Below are positions 28,824 to 42,885 of a stretch of 64,000 bases of DNA, one piece after another. Source of the DNA: Octopus vulgaris (taxonomy: Eukaryota); the NCBI GenBank assembly GCA_951406725.2, contig OX597823.1, positions 67,022,001 through 67,086,000 of the forward strand. Reading direction: 5' to 3'. A program made the position numbers and the translations under genes. Every line of letters starts with the position of its first letter. Position 1 is the stretch's first letter. Below the pieces are notes generated by a model. The model did not search any database. It saw only the letters and a list, made by a program, of their open reading frames with translations, and was not told the DNA's origin.

Positions 28824-31468
28824 TGGCAAAAAATTCTACAGAGAAATAGGGAAGGAGAAAGTAACCGTTAAAGACCCCCCTCCCATGGAAGAAGTTCAAA
28901 ACTTCTGGAAAAGGATTTGGAGTGACAAGAAGACGTACAACATAAATGCAGACTGGATTATACAAACTGAAGGATCCTACCAAAATTTACAACAACAAGC
29001 ATGGGAAGACATCACAATAGCAGACCTAAGAAAGGCACTCACGAAGGCCCATAATTGGAAATCCCCCGGTAAAGATAGGGTGCCGAACTTCTGGCTCGCA
29101 TCGCTCCCATGCGCACACGGTAAGCTAGTTCAGCTGCTCAATGGAGTTATGAGAGACCCAAAGAAAACACCTGAATGGTTAGCAAGTGGCATTACTTACC
29201 TACTCCCAAAGAATAACGAAACCAACCTTTCAAAAAACTATCGGCCTATAACCTGTCTATCCACCACGTATAAAATCCTAACATCTATCCTGGCGGAGAA
29301 AACATATGCATTCATGGAGAAGAACGATATTTTCCCCATTAAACAAAAAGGGTGCCGCCGAGGCTCTTACGAATGCAAAGATCAACTGCTAATCAATCGT
29401 ATGATCCTTGAGAACTGTCACAACAAGCGCTGAAATCTCAGCACCGCATGGATTGACTACAAAAAGGCCTTCGACAGTATACCGCATCCATGGATCTTGA
29501 GATCGCTGGACATCTTCAAAATGTCCCCTGTGATTTCAAACCTCCTGAAGCACAATATGTTGTTGTGGAATACGAATCTCCAATTATACCACTCTAATGG
29601 AGTACTTGCCTCAGAAAATATAAACATCAACTGTGGAATTTTTCAAGGTGACTCACTTTCACCTTTAATATTCTGCATAGCCCTAATACCTCTTACAAGT
29701 GAATTAAACAGAACAGGGTATGGGTATAAAACTGCCAATAAAAAAATAAGCCATCTATTTTATATGGATGACTTAAAACTTTATGGTAAAGACAATAATG
29801 AACTTGAAGGCCTATTGCGCACCGTGAAAGCATTCAGCGATGACATCGGGATGGAGTTTGGACTTGAGAAGTGTGCCAAGGCCACTTTCCAGAAAGGGAA
29901 AGTGAAGACCACAAATTCAGTCGTGTTAGATGTTGACACAGTCATAAGAGAGCTTGAGCAAGAACAAACATACAAATATTTAGGGATAAATGAAGGCTCT
30001 GGTATTCAGCATGCAAGCATGAAAGAGAAAATCAGGAAGGAATGTTATAGGAGAGTTCGTGCAGTCTTGAAATATGAACTGAATGCACGTAACAAGGTGT
30101 TAGCTATAAATTCCTTAGCAGTTCCAGTTGTTACTTATAGCTACAATGTGTTGAACTGGAATATGAGTGAAGTAAAGAATATAGATAGAAAAATACGCAA
30201 GCTGCTGAGTTGTAATAGGATGCACCACCCAAAGGCAGACGTAGATCGCCTTTACCTTCCCAGAGCCCAAGGAGGTCGAGGCCTGATCCAATTTGAACTA
30301 GCTTAGAAAACAACCACAATTGGACTGGCCAAATATCTCGAAATATCGAATGACTGGATGCTAAAGCTCGTGGAAAATCACGAGAGACGAAAGAAGCTTC
30401 ATTCTATCATAAAGGAAAGCAAAAGATTTGCTACTGATCTCGTGCAGGATACCCAAACTGAACAACCCGAGGGAAGTACGGCAACTATTGTTGCAAAGAA
30501 GGTGAAAATGATGGTAATGAAAAAAGCGCACGAGCAATTGGCTGATAGGTGGGAGGAGAAACCTCTGCACGGCAAATATGTGACCCGCAGCAAACAAGCT
30601 GATGTTGACCAGAAGCAAACCCATCAGTGGCTACGGAGCTCAGGGCTAAAAGCAGAGAGCGAAGGTTTCATCCTGGCTGCTCAAGATCAAAGCCTATTAA
30701 TCCGGAACTACCAGGCCAATGTGATGAAAAATGGAGCAGACCCAAAATGCCGATTCTGCAACGACATGATTGAAACAGTGGACCATCTAATCTCTGGATG
30801 TAAAGTCTTAGCACCAGTGGAGTATAAATTAAGACATGACAGAGTTGGCTAATAAGTCGGCATTACAATATCAAAACTGCCGACAAGTGGTATAATCACC
30901 ACACAGGCTGTAACTGAAGGAGAAAATGTAACCATTCTGTGGGACTTTCCAGTACATACAGACCGAACCATCAAGGCCAATAAACCAGGTATTGTTGTGA
31001 AAGACCAAAACAATAAAGTTTGCTTATTGATCGACATGAGCATCCCCTGTGATCATAATATCTCAGTGAAAGAGTTTGACAAGCTCAGAAAATATAAGAC
31101 CTACTCATTGAAATTGGGAAAATGTGGCATCTCAAGGCGGTTACAATACCAGTGATCGTAGGAGCACTAGGAATGATCAAGAAGGGAACCGAAAATTATA
31201 TGAGAATGATCCCTGGCTTACCATCCCTGCAAGAAGTGCAAAAGATTGTCTTAACTGGTACATCACACGTATTGAGAAGAGCATTGTCGGTGTGAGAACT
31301 GTTGCTGCTCATGTATTTTAATTTAACTTTAAAAAGAAAAAAAAAAATTAACGAACTACTGAGTTTGGTTTAATTGCCTACCAATGTATACTATGAGTTT
31401 CTTTGCCCTAGGAGTCGGGAAGACACTCGGCAAGAAATGGAAGCAAATTTGAAAGAAGAAAAAAAAAG
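28823..31468 (+). mobile_element. R4/Dong-clade RLE non-LTR retrotransposon, 5'-truncated and disrupted (copy 1)
   Basis: RT motifs KSPGKD, NYRPITCL, WIDYKKAFDS, GIFQGDSLSP, YMDD and YKYLG. CCHC knuckle CRFC...ETVDHLISGC, RHD, and an RLE PD..D region (here KPGIVV...LIDMS). Stops at 29431 and 30304; (TAA)n on both sides. Confidence 0.93.
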
Positions 31469-34400
31469 TAATAATAATAATAATTTACAGAAAGTTCGCC
31501 AAAATAACAGTGCGTTAATTGTCGTTGAATATGTGCTGAACGGCGAGGTGTTATCAGCAACAGATTTTTGAGGTGTTATTAGCAGCTAAATGTTGAGGTG
31601 TTATTCGAGTTTAAATGTTATGAAGTTAGGTGTCGTAATGCGAATATTTTTTAATAATGATTAAATGACGTTTTCTCAGAGGTTAGAAATTTCAAACAGA
31701 GAAACAGTTGTTGAAATGTAATCATAGTGTATATAAGATCTTTGTTCTTTTACTTATCCCGGCTGACGGTGTTGTGTTTCACCAAAAATAATTTTAAGTC
31801 AATTTTAATGTCGTTCAGTAGTTAGCACACTCACTTCCCCTTGATTTTTATTTAATACGACATCAGTATATTTCATCCTTATCTTATGGAGAAAGATGTT
31901 TTATTGCTACTTTTGTGAAATATCTTTCCTCAACTTCTCCCTTTGTCTGACTGACTATACTTAGATCCTAATTAAACACAAGCAGAAACCAGTCACTACA
32001 CACCATAAGGTACAGAATATGGTGTGCAAAACTTCAACCCTCGCATTCTTTTAAAGAAGGTTAAGAGATGGTATGACCACCGATCACTTACGGACGACTT
32101 CTGATGTCGACGAGAAACATTTCAGTAACGTTCCATTGATGAAAATTCAAATCAAGAATTATTGATAGTTTTCAAGTGTTATTCACCTGGAAGTACTTCA
32201 AGAAGAATCTTCAAGTGTGGTCATATTGGAGTCCGTCAATGAAAGAAACTGCTCGAGATTTGCATAGTGAAGTAAATCTTTACATGTCACTGGTTTAGTT
32301 GCAGTGTATTTGTGATTTCTTTTAGTTTATGTAGAACTAGTATCACATAGATGTCCAGCTACCAGCCGAGTCTATGGGGAAAATAGCCTCAATGTCTTCT
32401 TTAGCAAAGAAATGCTGGTATTCTTTTTTCTGCTTGGTGAGTATGGTCAAATACGTTTTATGGTGGACGTGGTTGAAAGTTTCGAGGACAGACTAATTTT
32501 TGTCTCTATGATTGAGCCCTCATCAGTTACTTTAACGTATTGATCCTTTCTACTGAATAAAAGTAACGATTATTATCTATAAATAGAATATGAAATACAT
32601 AGCAATAATAACTACATGGTATAGCCGAAGGATAAAGAACGGTGCTTATGACTTGTAAACAATGATTCCCAGTCCAGTGGTGGATCTGGAAACTAATATC
32701 AATGCGACGTCCGCTGAAGACAGTCAAAGGTCAGACAATGGTGTTAAGCCGTCACAGATCACTTATACTATTCCCCAACCCAACCTCCAAAAAAAAACAA
32801 AAAAACGAAATAACCATAGTCCGTGAAACCTTCGCACATTTTTCTTAAGACATTAATTAATCTGAAATCATGTTCGAAAACATCATCCGCTGTTTCCACG
32901 GTGAAATCGAAACCGATAAAACATGATTTATGTATCTTCTTCATCACTTGCTTTCGAGTACCAACATTGAGGTGTGATATTTTTTTGTGTTGGGGTTCTG
33001 TTAAGGTATGCGTTGTGTGTTTATGTTTAAGGAACTTGGTTAAGATACTAAGGAACTTGGTTAAGTTTCGGCCAGAATTGGCCAAGGCTATGACTAACTT
33101 AATAGCACCGCCTAGAAAAGATATTTAATGGTGCTTCGTATTTTTGAGTCCAGAACATTCGTCAGTGTGGACAATTGCCTTTGATTATGTTGGAAAAGTA
33201 ACAAAATTACAAATAATAAAAACACTACTGTTGTTACCAATGTTTTTGCTACTGTTTGCATATATCATTGTTTTCGCTATTTATTCATTTGGTAAGCCTA
33301 TGATGAAATATGTTACCACTGAGATAATCTCATGTTTTTGTGTTCTCAGTGTATGAAGAATTCATTTCATAAAACACTTTTTCTATTTTTGAACACAATT
33401 TGAACACTATAATTTGACGTTAATACAGATGCGCACCACTTTTGACTGGTTCACATTCGAAAAGTCTCGGTTTTATTTAGTTATTTATTTACAACAGCAT
33501 TTCAGTTTAATTTCTCCGCACAATAGCTGCACATAAAGATTATGCCAATTTTTGAAAGAAAACTGAATTTAAAGGAATATTGAAGAAAAGAAATAATCAA
33601 ATAACGTTGGTTCGTGTTAGTGTAAGATCCAGGTTTCAAAAATATACAGTCGTTCAATGCCTGGGACTTCACAGATTATTACCAGTGAATTGTATTGCGA
33701 ATCTCATTGAGAGGCAATTAAAGAACGGAGTATAGCATTTGAAAGGGGTTATTTTTTTCTTTTCATAGACATTAAACAGAAATGTAATAAAAAGTAGTGG
33801 GAACAATGACAAAATGCTTACTGATGGGTAATATTTAACCCCACTTAAATGTTCAGTTAGAACAAACTATACTGAGACAGTCACCATGAGAGCAACTCTC
33901 ATATTGGCTTTTGGTGCAAAATGCACTTTTGTTTATGTCGTCAGCCATTTGTTCAGAAAAATTTCTATGCTATTTCTATAAAGATGAAAGACAATATCGG
34001 TATTATAGTTATTATCCGTGTGCGTAAGTAGTGTAAAAAACGCTAAATTTGTATGTGCTAAATATAAAGTCAGTAAAGTAGATATGGTACAATACTGAAG
34101 TAGCACCTCGCTTCTCTTTCTAGCAAGCCCAACCACAAAGTAGAGATTGTTATTATCGACGAAAACGTATTTGTTTTTGTTTCCATTTAGATTTCTGTTG
34201 TTTACGTTATGAGATAATATCATTCATTTATCAATAAAATGAAATACTAATGATTCTCAATTTTTACTTCACTGTTTACTGTATATTTCTTTCTTTTATG
34301 CCTGGTAATATTTTCTCTTCTCTTACAAATATTGCATTAGCATAGACAATATTATTCAAAATATTACCGAATTTCAAAAACTATTTTAAAAATTTTAAAT

Positions 34401-34939
34401 TCTCTCTCTGATTTTATTAGATTATATAGAATTTTTATTTGGTCATGTTATGTTTTCGTATATTTTCCATTAATTTAATCAGCTTAATTTAATCAAAATA
34501 TATTTCCATTGTAAATAGCAACATTTTTAAATGATCTGTACTTACACAACATATACATAACATATACTCATATGACTATAAAACCAATATGTATATGTAT
34601 ATGTATGTGTGTGTCTGTTTATACATTTATGTATGTGTATATCCATGTGCTTGTATATATATATATATGAAATTAATTCGTGTGTTTATGTATGCATTAG
34701 ATAAAGTAAAAATGTTAAGATATTTTATGTAGTTACATACAGGCAGCTATTTCTTTCTACATATACGTCTACGTTATTGGAAGGATTTATATGTAATTTA
34801 TGTTATTCACTCCTATATGGAAATTATATTTGTGTTTTTCAGGACTCCCAATAAAATATATATAATATCGAATACATAAATATACACACACATACATATA
34901 GTCATACATACATATACCTCTGTGTGTGTGTGTGTGTGT

Positions 34940-34982
<43 letters not shown>

Positions 34983-35226
34983 TGTGTGTGTGATATAGAG
35001 AGAGAGGGGGAGTGTGTGTATATATGTGTGTGTGTATGGATGATTTAGCACGACGTTTTTCCTTCTCTTACATCCACCCGTTTGTCTGAACGTCACGTTT
35101 GTAAGAGAGTAGACGGTGGCCGAAAATCCGTCACGTTACTTAACTATGTGCGGCTTACGCTCCATAAATCTACTTGTACTTCTACCAACAGGTTAATTGT
35201 AGTGCGTAAAAAAAATCATACACTAC

Positions 35227-35260
<34 letters not shown>

Positions 35261-35534
35261 ATGTATGTATATGTATACTCACACATACACAGGTAGACAC
35301 GCAAAATACACTTATTAATGTATGTATGTGTGTGTGTTTTGTTTTCCAAATGAGCACTACTGTTTTCACTTCAACAAAGGATTGCCAAAACAATGTTCAA
35401 CCGTATATTCAATTATCGCAAACAAACACGAAAAGTGACGGAGACAGGGGGAGGGGGTTATGAGATAAATAAAACTATATAAATGCCTATGCATTCCTTG
35501 ACATTAGAGTGAATCGTCTACATGTTATATATGG

Positions 35535-35835
35535 ATGTTGTTGTTTGTTCCTTCTCGGGGCCATGCCTGTCTCATAAGGGCCGGTTTCCCAGTTTCATTG
35601 GGGTATAGGTTCTCTACCTGGACTTCGTCGCAGGTGGGGTGCTAGATGCAGGAGGAAAGAGGGAAAGAAAGTTGTGGCGAAAGTGTCAGCAGAAGTTCCC
35701 TATTACTCTCTGCTGGAGCTGCGTGAAATTTAGGCGATTCACTCATAAACATACACATCGCCAGGTCTCAGATTCGAACCCGCGATGACTCGATCGCGAG
35801 TCCGCTGCTCTAACCACTATGCCATGTGCCTTCAC
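35535..35835 (-). mobile_element. tRNA-headed SINE (family C)
   Basis: Minus strand has TGGCATAGTGGTTAGAGC (A box) and GGTTCGAATC (B box), and ends AACAAACAACAAC. Related heads lie at about 9235-9292 (-), 39410-39460 (-) and 61124-61166 (+). Confidence 0.75.
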
Positions 35836-36399
35836 ATATATGAATAGAAGTATAATTATGTCTGTGCATATATATATATATAATTTATATATATACATAC
35901 ATGCACATTTTTATATAGATGTGTGTGTGCGTGCGAGTGTACGTATGTGTACACACACACACACATATATATGCACTATAACAGGGAAAGCTGCTTATTA
36001 ATTAGGTATGCATCAATTACTAAAAGTACTAAAAGAAAGCAATTATCAAAGAGTTGAACGTCTGGAAATTTTTTTTTGTAAATTAATGTTTTAAGAAACT
36101 TCCTATAATTTCGATTTCTCAAGTTTATTGAATTTTCTTAACTCCAATTTCTCGCAAATTTAAATATTCACTGCCTCCAATTCATCACAAATGTAAATAT
36201 TCATAGTATTCAAACGCATAAATATAAGACGGTCTTTCACACAATTTCCGTCTAGCAAATTGACACGCAACTCATTGGTTGCCACGGGGCTATATTAGAA
36301 GGCATTTCACGAAAGTGCTGCAGAGAGATACTGAATACGAAATGACGGTATTGCATAACCAGCATTGCCATTCCTGGAACAACAGTTAGGAGGCGTTTA

Positions 36400-36602
36400 T
36401 TTCAAATTTTGGTACAGAGCCAGCAATTTCGGAGTATGAAAAAAGTCGATTACACTGCTCAACTACTACTTATGTTATCGATTCCGATAGTATGAAAGGC
36501 AAATTCGACCTCGGTGGAATTTGAACTTTTCAAGTAAGGACGAACAAAATGCCGATAAAAATTTTGCCCGGCACGCTTACGATTCTATCTGCTCAACGCC
36601 TT
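36400..36602 (-). mobile_element. Degenerate SINE family A copy
   Basis: TGAAAGGCAAATTCGACCTCGGTGGAATTTGAAC...GCCCGGCACGC. Confidence 0.75.
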
Positions 36603-37643
36603 GGTCTACTAAAAAAATAATGACAACTGCCTTAGTATAAAATGGATGTGTGCATAACTAAAAGAACACTTTCTAATTACAAATTCATGATAAATTGACT
36701 GACATATTAATATCAATAGATATATACAGAATACAATTGTCTGTTGCCTGCCACATACAAAATCCACCTACCTATCGAAAACCCTTTCTATATAAATAAT
36801 TACCGTTAATTACATTTTTCAGTCTGACGAGACTAAATACAGACGAAATTTTTAATTCATTGTCAATAAAATTTTTGTTTGGCACAAGACCAGCAACTTA
36901 GCGGGAAAAGCTTAAAGATTTACAGCGGCCCCTAATGTCCAACTGGTACTTATTACATCGACTGCAAAAGAATGAAAGCAAAATCGACCGCGGAGAAATT
37001 TTAACTCGGACCATAAAGTGTGAGAAGAAAATGGTGCTGTGCAGAGAAACTGGGAAGCGGGCATGTGCAGCTTACGGAGTACTCTGGCACAAGGTCAGTT
37101 ATTTTGGCACAAGGTCAGCTGTTTTGAATGAATGGGGAAGTCTATTACACAGACATCACTGTTCGCCTGGTATTCCATACCGTAATGATGAAAGGCAAAA
37201 TTTCGATGAGATTTTAACGCATTTTGTTCGGCATGCTACACGTACACACAAACATATTCATATATCCCGCAAGCACACATAGGTATAGAGTAACCCAGAA
37301 TTACGGTATTATTGTATATTTATAAGCGTCTTTGTACTCATTCTTATGCAAATACCCTCATGAAATCTAATCTTAGTCACACATACGTAAATTAATATTT
37401 AATCAACAATTACATGTAAGAAAGTTCTAATAGAAAGATCACCCAATGTTACATACATATGGGCATTTTGAATTATGAGCATTGTGAACTATATATAGAT
37501 ATAAATATTACAAAGTTTTGATCACACGCGCGCACACACACACACACACATACATATATAATATAATTTACGTAATTGGCATTATAAACAGATAGACAGG
37601 TAGACAGACAGACAGCTACATATAGATATATATAGAGAGAGAC

Positions 37644-37710
<67 letters not shown>

Positions 37711-37816
37711 CAGATAGATATACAGATAAATGAGTGTGATTGATAGTGTGTATGAATCTATTTAAATATCCATTTACTGAAGGTGTTTAACTGTCTTTCT
37801 ATTTATCTCGATAGAA

Positions 37817-37879
<63 letters not shown>

Positions 37880-38826
37880 GTATGTATGTATATAGGAGTG
37901 CGCACGCACACACAAATACACATATACACATATCTTTGATCATCTGGCAGATATGTGTGTAATTAATATACTTATCGATTTCAATATCTCTCTGATCAAA
38001 AATAGATGGTGATTACATGTGCCCCATCGACATGTTGAATTTAGCGACGAATTCTCATTCAAATCACACTCTTCGGATTTTAAAAGGCAGAAACAGTTCG
38101 ACAAACAGAATGTCATATAATATGTATATATCCCAAATCAAAACGAAAGGTCGCAGTTCAAAAGCCTACAAGAATTGTGTTATTCAACTGAAAAACTTGC
38201 AAGCATAGAACTGTTCAACTGAAAAACATACGAGCATAGAGCTGTTAAAACCCTACGCTGAAATAACATTTAACTGCCAATTACTTTATTGCTTTGCTCA
38301 GATCACCGTCCATACTCTTACTCACCCGCACTTCACCTCTATATGTCTGTCTTTATCTCCCCCACTCTCGACCATCCTCTCTCCCTCTTGATATCGCTAT
38401 ATCTTTTATCTTCTACATTTTCCTTGCCTCAAGCATTAGACTGTGGTCATACTGGAGTACTGATTTAAAGAATTTGACTTGAACGTGGTGTGTATGAGTA
38501 TAAACACACACGCACACATACACATACACACACACATACATACGCAAGGGTTTTTTCAGTTTCCATCTACCAAATCCACTCACAAGGCCAAGTAAGCTCA
38601 CTCCTAGACGCTTTTCACTCATATATATATATATATATATATATACATGCATACATACATATATATACATACGTATGTATATATATATATATATATAATA
38701 AAATATTATCTTTTTTAATAATTTTGATATATATTTAAATAATATAAATTAATTAATCTTATGTATTGGCTTAAGTTTTTCATTGTATGTTTTGCCTAAT
38801 AGTGGTTTTATCTCTAATTTAATATA

Positions 38827-38899
<73 letters not shown>

Positions 38900-39029
38900 T
38901 GGGTGTGTGTGTGTGTATTCACACACTCCTTATTTTGAAATACTTATAATTTATCAACTATATTTTTTAGAAAAAATGAATATGTGAAGAAAGCATTTAG
39001 CATGGAGTTTTATTTAAATTTTGATATAG

Positions 39030-39370
39030 GCACCAGCATTCGCCACCAACTTCTCGTCAGGAACACTTGTGAGATGGAAGATATAACTTTTCGTATTCGC
39101 CCTTCAAGTTCTTCCAGGTTCGTTGCTTTGGTAGAGTAGACTTGCTCCTCTAACCAACTCTAAAGGAAAAAGTCACCGGGTGCTAAATCAAGGCTTCTGG
39201 CCGACTAATCATGCGGACCTCACCAACCCATCCATTTACCAGGGAAGTGGACATTTAGCCATTCACGAACAACAATAGCAAAATGTGGAGGATCGCCGTC
39301 TAGCAAAAAAATCAATTCTTCAATATTCTCCCAATTACTGATAACTGTCTAGATTTCATCTTGCAGCATG
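39030..39370 (-). pseudogene. Tc1/mariner-superfamily transposase C-terminal relic
   Basis: Minus strand reads LDGDPPHFAIVVREWLNVHFPGKWMG...RSLDLAPGDFFL*SWLEEQVY...NLEELEGRI. This matches the QDGAPPH / SPDLTP.DFFLWG.LK signature. Confidence 0.85.
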
Positions 39371-39483
39371 GTGAGGTAACTTTCCGCATTCATGATATTG
39401 CAAACGATGAGAGGGATCACAATCGTGAGTGCAGTACCCTAACTACTAGGCCATGCGCCCTAATGATGATGATGATGATGACG

Positions 39484-39560
<77 letters not shown>

Positions 39561-39562
39561 TA

Positions 39563-40118
39563 TGCCCTGATGCAGTACCAGACAGTGGCTCGTGTGGCTT
39601 CTGATCTTAACTGATTGGAAGTGTTATCATGTACATTGATTTGTCTTGGTATAAAAGATGGGCTACAACAAATATTCTGCTCAATACCACAGATTTGCTT
39701 GTCAGTTGCTTGCCCTTAACCAGTTGACCATGCCCCTTAGTTCCTGACGATATGTGCATCTCTGATCACGAGCAGAAGTAGTGGGGGAGCATCATAGCCA
39801 TGTGTTAGGAGGGATTCTTTGGAGTTTGAATAATTCAACTCTGGAAACATGGGTGTTTCGTTCAACATCCTTTAGCAACACTTATTCAGGGACCTTTTGA
39901 GCGGGATGAGTTACTCGCCCAGAAGAAAATTCTAACTCGGCCCCACCTGCAAGGTCATGTGCTGTTTAATCTTGATATGAGATCACCATCTCGCGCACAC
40001 ATGGTTGTGATGCATGTGCCTAGTGTACCCTTTTCAGACGGGTAGTCATGATGGGTATACTGGTCTTCGTATATTTTACCCAAGTGTCACTTTGATGGCA
40101 TGCACGGCTCTCTCACTC
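39563..40118. mobile_element. Unclassified ~555-bp insertion bounded by (TAA)n on both sides
   Basis: GC-richer block with sharp (TAA)n borders and no long ORF. Mobile nature is inferred. Confidence 0.5.
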
Positions 40119-40189
<71 letters not shown>

Positions 40190-40192
<3 letters not shown>

Positions 40193-41853
40193 AAGCATTC
40201 AGCGATGACGTCGGGATGGAGTTTGGACTTGAGAAGTGTGCCAAGGCCACTTTCCAGAAAGGGAAAGTGAAGACCACAAATTCAGTCGTGTTAGATGTTG
40301 ACACAGTCATAAGAGAGCTTGAGCAAGAACAAACATACAAATATTTAGGGATAAATGAAGGCTCTGGTATTCAGCATGCAAGCATGAAAGAGAAAATCAG
40401 GAAGGAATGTTATAGGAGAGTTCGTGCAGTCCTGAAATCTGAACTAAATGCACGTAACAAGGTGTTAGCTATAAATTCCTTAGCAGTTCCAGTTGTTACT
40501 TATAGCTACAATGTGTTGAACTGGAATATGAGTGAAGTAAAGAATATAGATAGAAAAATACGCAAGCTGCTGAGTTGTAATAGGATGCACCACCCAAAGG
40601 CAGACGTAGATCGCCTTTACCTTCCCAGAGCCCAAGGAGGTCGAGGCCTGATCCAATTTGAACTAGCTTAGAAAACAACCACAATTGGACTGGCCAAATA
40701 TCTCGAAATATCGAATGACTGGATGCTAAAGCTCGTGGAAAATCACGAGAGACGAAAGAAGCTCCATTCTATCATCAAGGAAAGCCAAACTTTTGCTATT
40801 GATCTCGTGCAGGATACCCAAACTGAACAACCCGAGGGAAGTACGGCAACTATTGTTGCAAAGAAGGTGAAAATGATGGCAATGAAAAAAGCGCACGAGC
40901 AATTGGCTGATAGGTGGGAGGAGAAACCTCTGCACGGCAAATATGTGACCCGCAGCAAACAAGCTGATGTTGACCAGAAACAAACCCATCAGTGGCTGCG
41001 GAGCTCAGGGCCTAAAGCAGAGAGCGAAGGTTTCATCCTGGCTGCTCAAGACCAAAGCCTATTAACCCGGAACTACCAGGCCAATGTGATGAAAAATGGA
41101 GCAGACCCAAAGTGCCGATTCTGCAACGACATGATTGAAACAGTGGACCACCTAATCTCTGGATGTAAAGTCTTAGCACCAGTGGAGTATAAATTAAGAC
41201 ATGACAGAGTTGGCCAATATCTCCACTGGCTAATAAGTCGGCATTACAATATCAAAACTGCCGACAAGTGGTATAATCACCACCCTGAGGCTGTAACTGA
41301 AGGAGAAAATGTAACCATTCTGTGGGACTTTCCAGTACATACAGACCGAACCATCAAGGCCAATAAACCAGATATTGTTGTGAAAGACCAAAACAATAAA
41401 GTTTGCTAATTGATCGACATGAGCATCCCCTGTGATCATAATATCTCAGCGAAAGAGTTTGACAAGCTCAGAAAATATAAGACCTACTCATTGAAATTGA
41501 GAAAATGTGGCATCTCAAGGCGGTTACAATACCAGTGATCGTAGGAGCACTAGGAATGATCAAGAAGGGAACCGAAAATTATATGAGAATGATCCCTGGC
41601 TTACCATCCCTGCAAGAAGTGCAAAAGATTGTCTTAACTGGTACATCACACGTATTGAGAAGAGCATTGTCGATGTGAGAACTGTTGCTGCTCATGTATT
41701 TTAATTTAACTTTAAAAAAAAAGAAAAAAAAAATGAACGAACTACTGAGTTTGGTTTAATGGCCTACCAATGTATACTATGAGTTTCTTTGCCCTAGGAG
41801 TCGGGAAGACACTCGGCAAGAAATGGAAGCAAATTTGAAAGAAGAAAAAAAAG
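40190..41853 (+). mobile_element. R4/Dong-clade retrotransposon, shorter 5'-truncated copy 2
   Basis: Near-identical to 29825-31468. Retains RHDRVGQYLHW and KPDIVV. Stops at 40669 and 41407; (TAA)n on both sides. Confidence 0.93.
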
Positions 41854-41860
41854 TAATAAA

Positions 41861-41892
<32 letters not shown>

Positions 41893-41893
<1 letters not shown>

Positions 41894-42070
41894 CCTTTCT
41901 ATTATAGGCACAAGGCTTGAAATTTGTAGTGGAGTTGGAGTGAGGAGTTGATTACCATGACACCGGTGCTCAACTAGTACATATTTTATCGACCTCGAAA
42001 GGATGAAACACAAAGTCGGCTGCAGTTGCATTTGAACTTAGGACGTAAGGCCGCAAGATATGCCGCTGAG
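41893..42070 (-). mobile_element. SINE family A copy
   Basis: GGCACAAGGC...TTTTATCGACCTCGAAAGGATGAAA...ATTTGAACT. Confidence 0.8.
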
Positions 42071-42084
42071 ATGATGCAGCAGTA

Positions 42085-42789
42085 AGAAGAGGAGAAGTAG
42101 AAGGAGGAGGAGGAGAAGGAGGAGGAGGAGAAGGAGGAGAAGGAGGAGGAGGAGGAGAAGAAGAAGAAGAAGAAGAAGAAGGAGAAGAAGAAGAAGAAGA
42201 AGAAGAAGAAGAAGGAGAGCAGCAACAACAAAAACAAAAGGATGATGATAGCGATGTTGATGATGATTGCATGGTAGTGGTGGTGATGGTGGCGGCGGTG
42301 GCAGGGGTGGCGGTTGCGGTGACAGAGGTGGTGGTAGCAGTTATGATGAACACGATATCGATGATGATTGTTATGTTGATGAGGATGATGACGACGACGA
42401 CGATGACGAAACTGATGATTTTTAGAATTATTCCTCCGGTTATACTGGAACGTGACTCTGAAACAGTAAAGTTAACCATGTGTTATTAACGAAAACAAAA
42501 TATAATTCTTTCAAAAAATGCCATATTGTATTTCAGAGAATAATCATGTACAAATTTAAAGAAAGAAACCAACAACAAAAACATTCTAATTTAATTTGCC
42601 ACTAAAGTAATTAATTAATAGATAATTATTTTCGTTTATTCACTGAATTTAATCCATTCTAATCCACTCTTATTTTCTTTTTAATAATTTATTTCATATC
42701 TCCTTCATTCCCGGAATATAAATATAATCTAGGTCAGGATTTTTATTTTTTCGTGCGTTCGTTTTGGGTGGTGGTCTTGGCAGTGATGC

Positions 42790-42822
<33 letters not shown>

Positions 42823-42826
42823 TGGC

Positions 42827-42885
<59 letters not shown>

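Noticed and set aside
29781-31043. Minus-strand ORFs within the Dong element (also 40113-41439)
   Set aside because: Antisense shadows of the retrotransposon ORF.
32768-33085. 105-aa minus-strand ORF with protein-like composition
   Set aside because: No recognisable motif and only a weak donor site; insufficient support.
35765-35835. Possible tRNA gene
   Set aside because: A and B boxes are present, but there is no closing acceptor stem and it continues into a SINE body.
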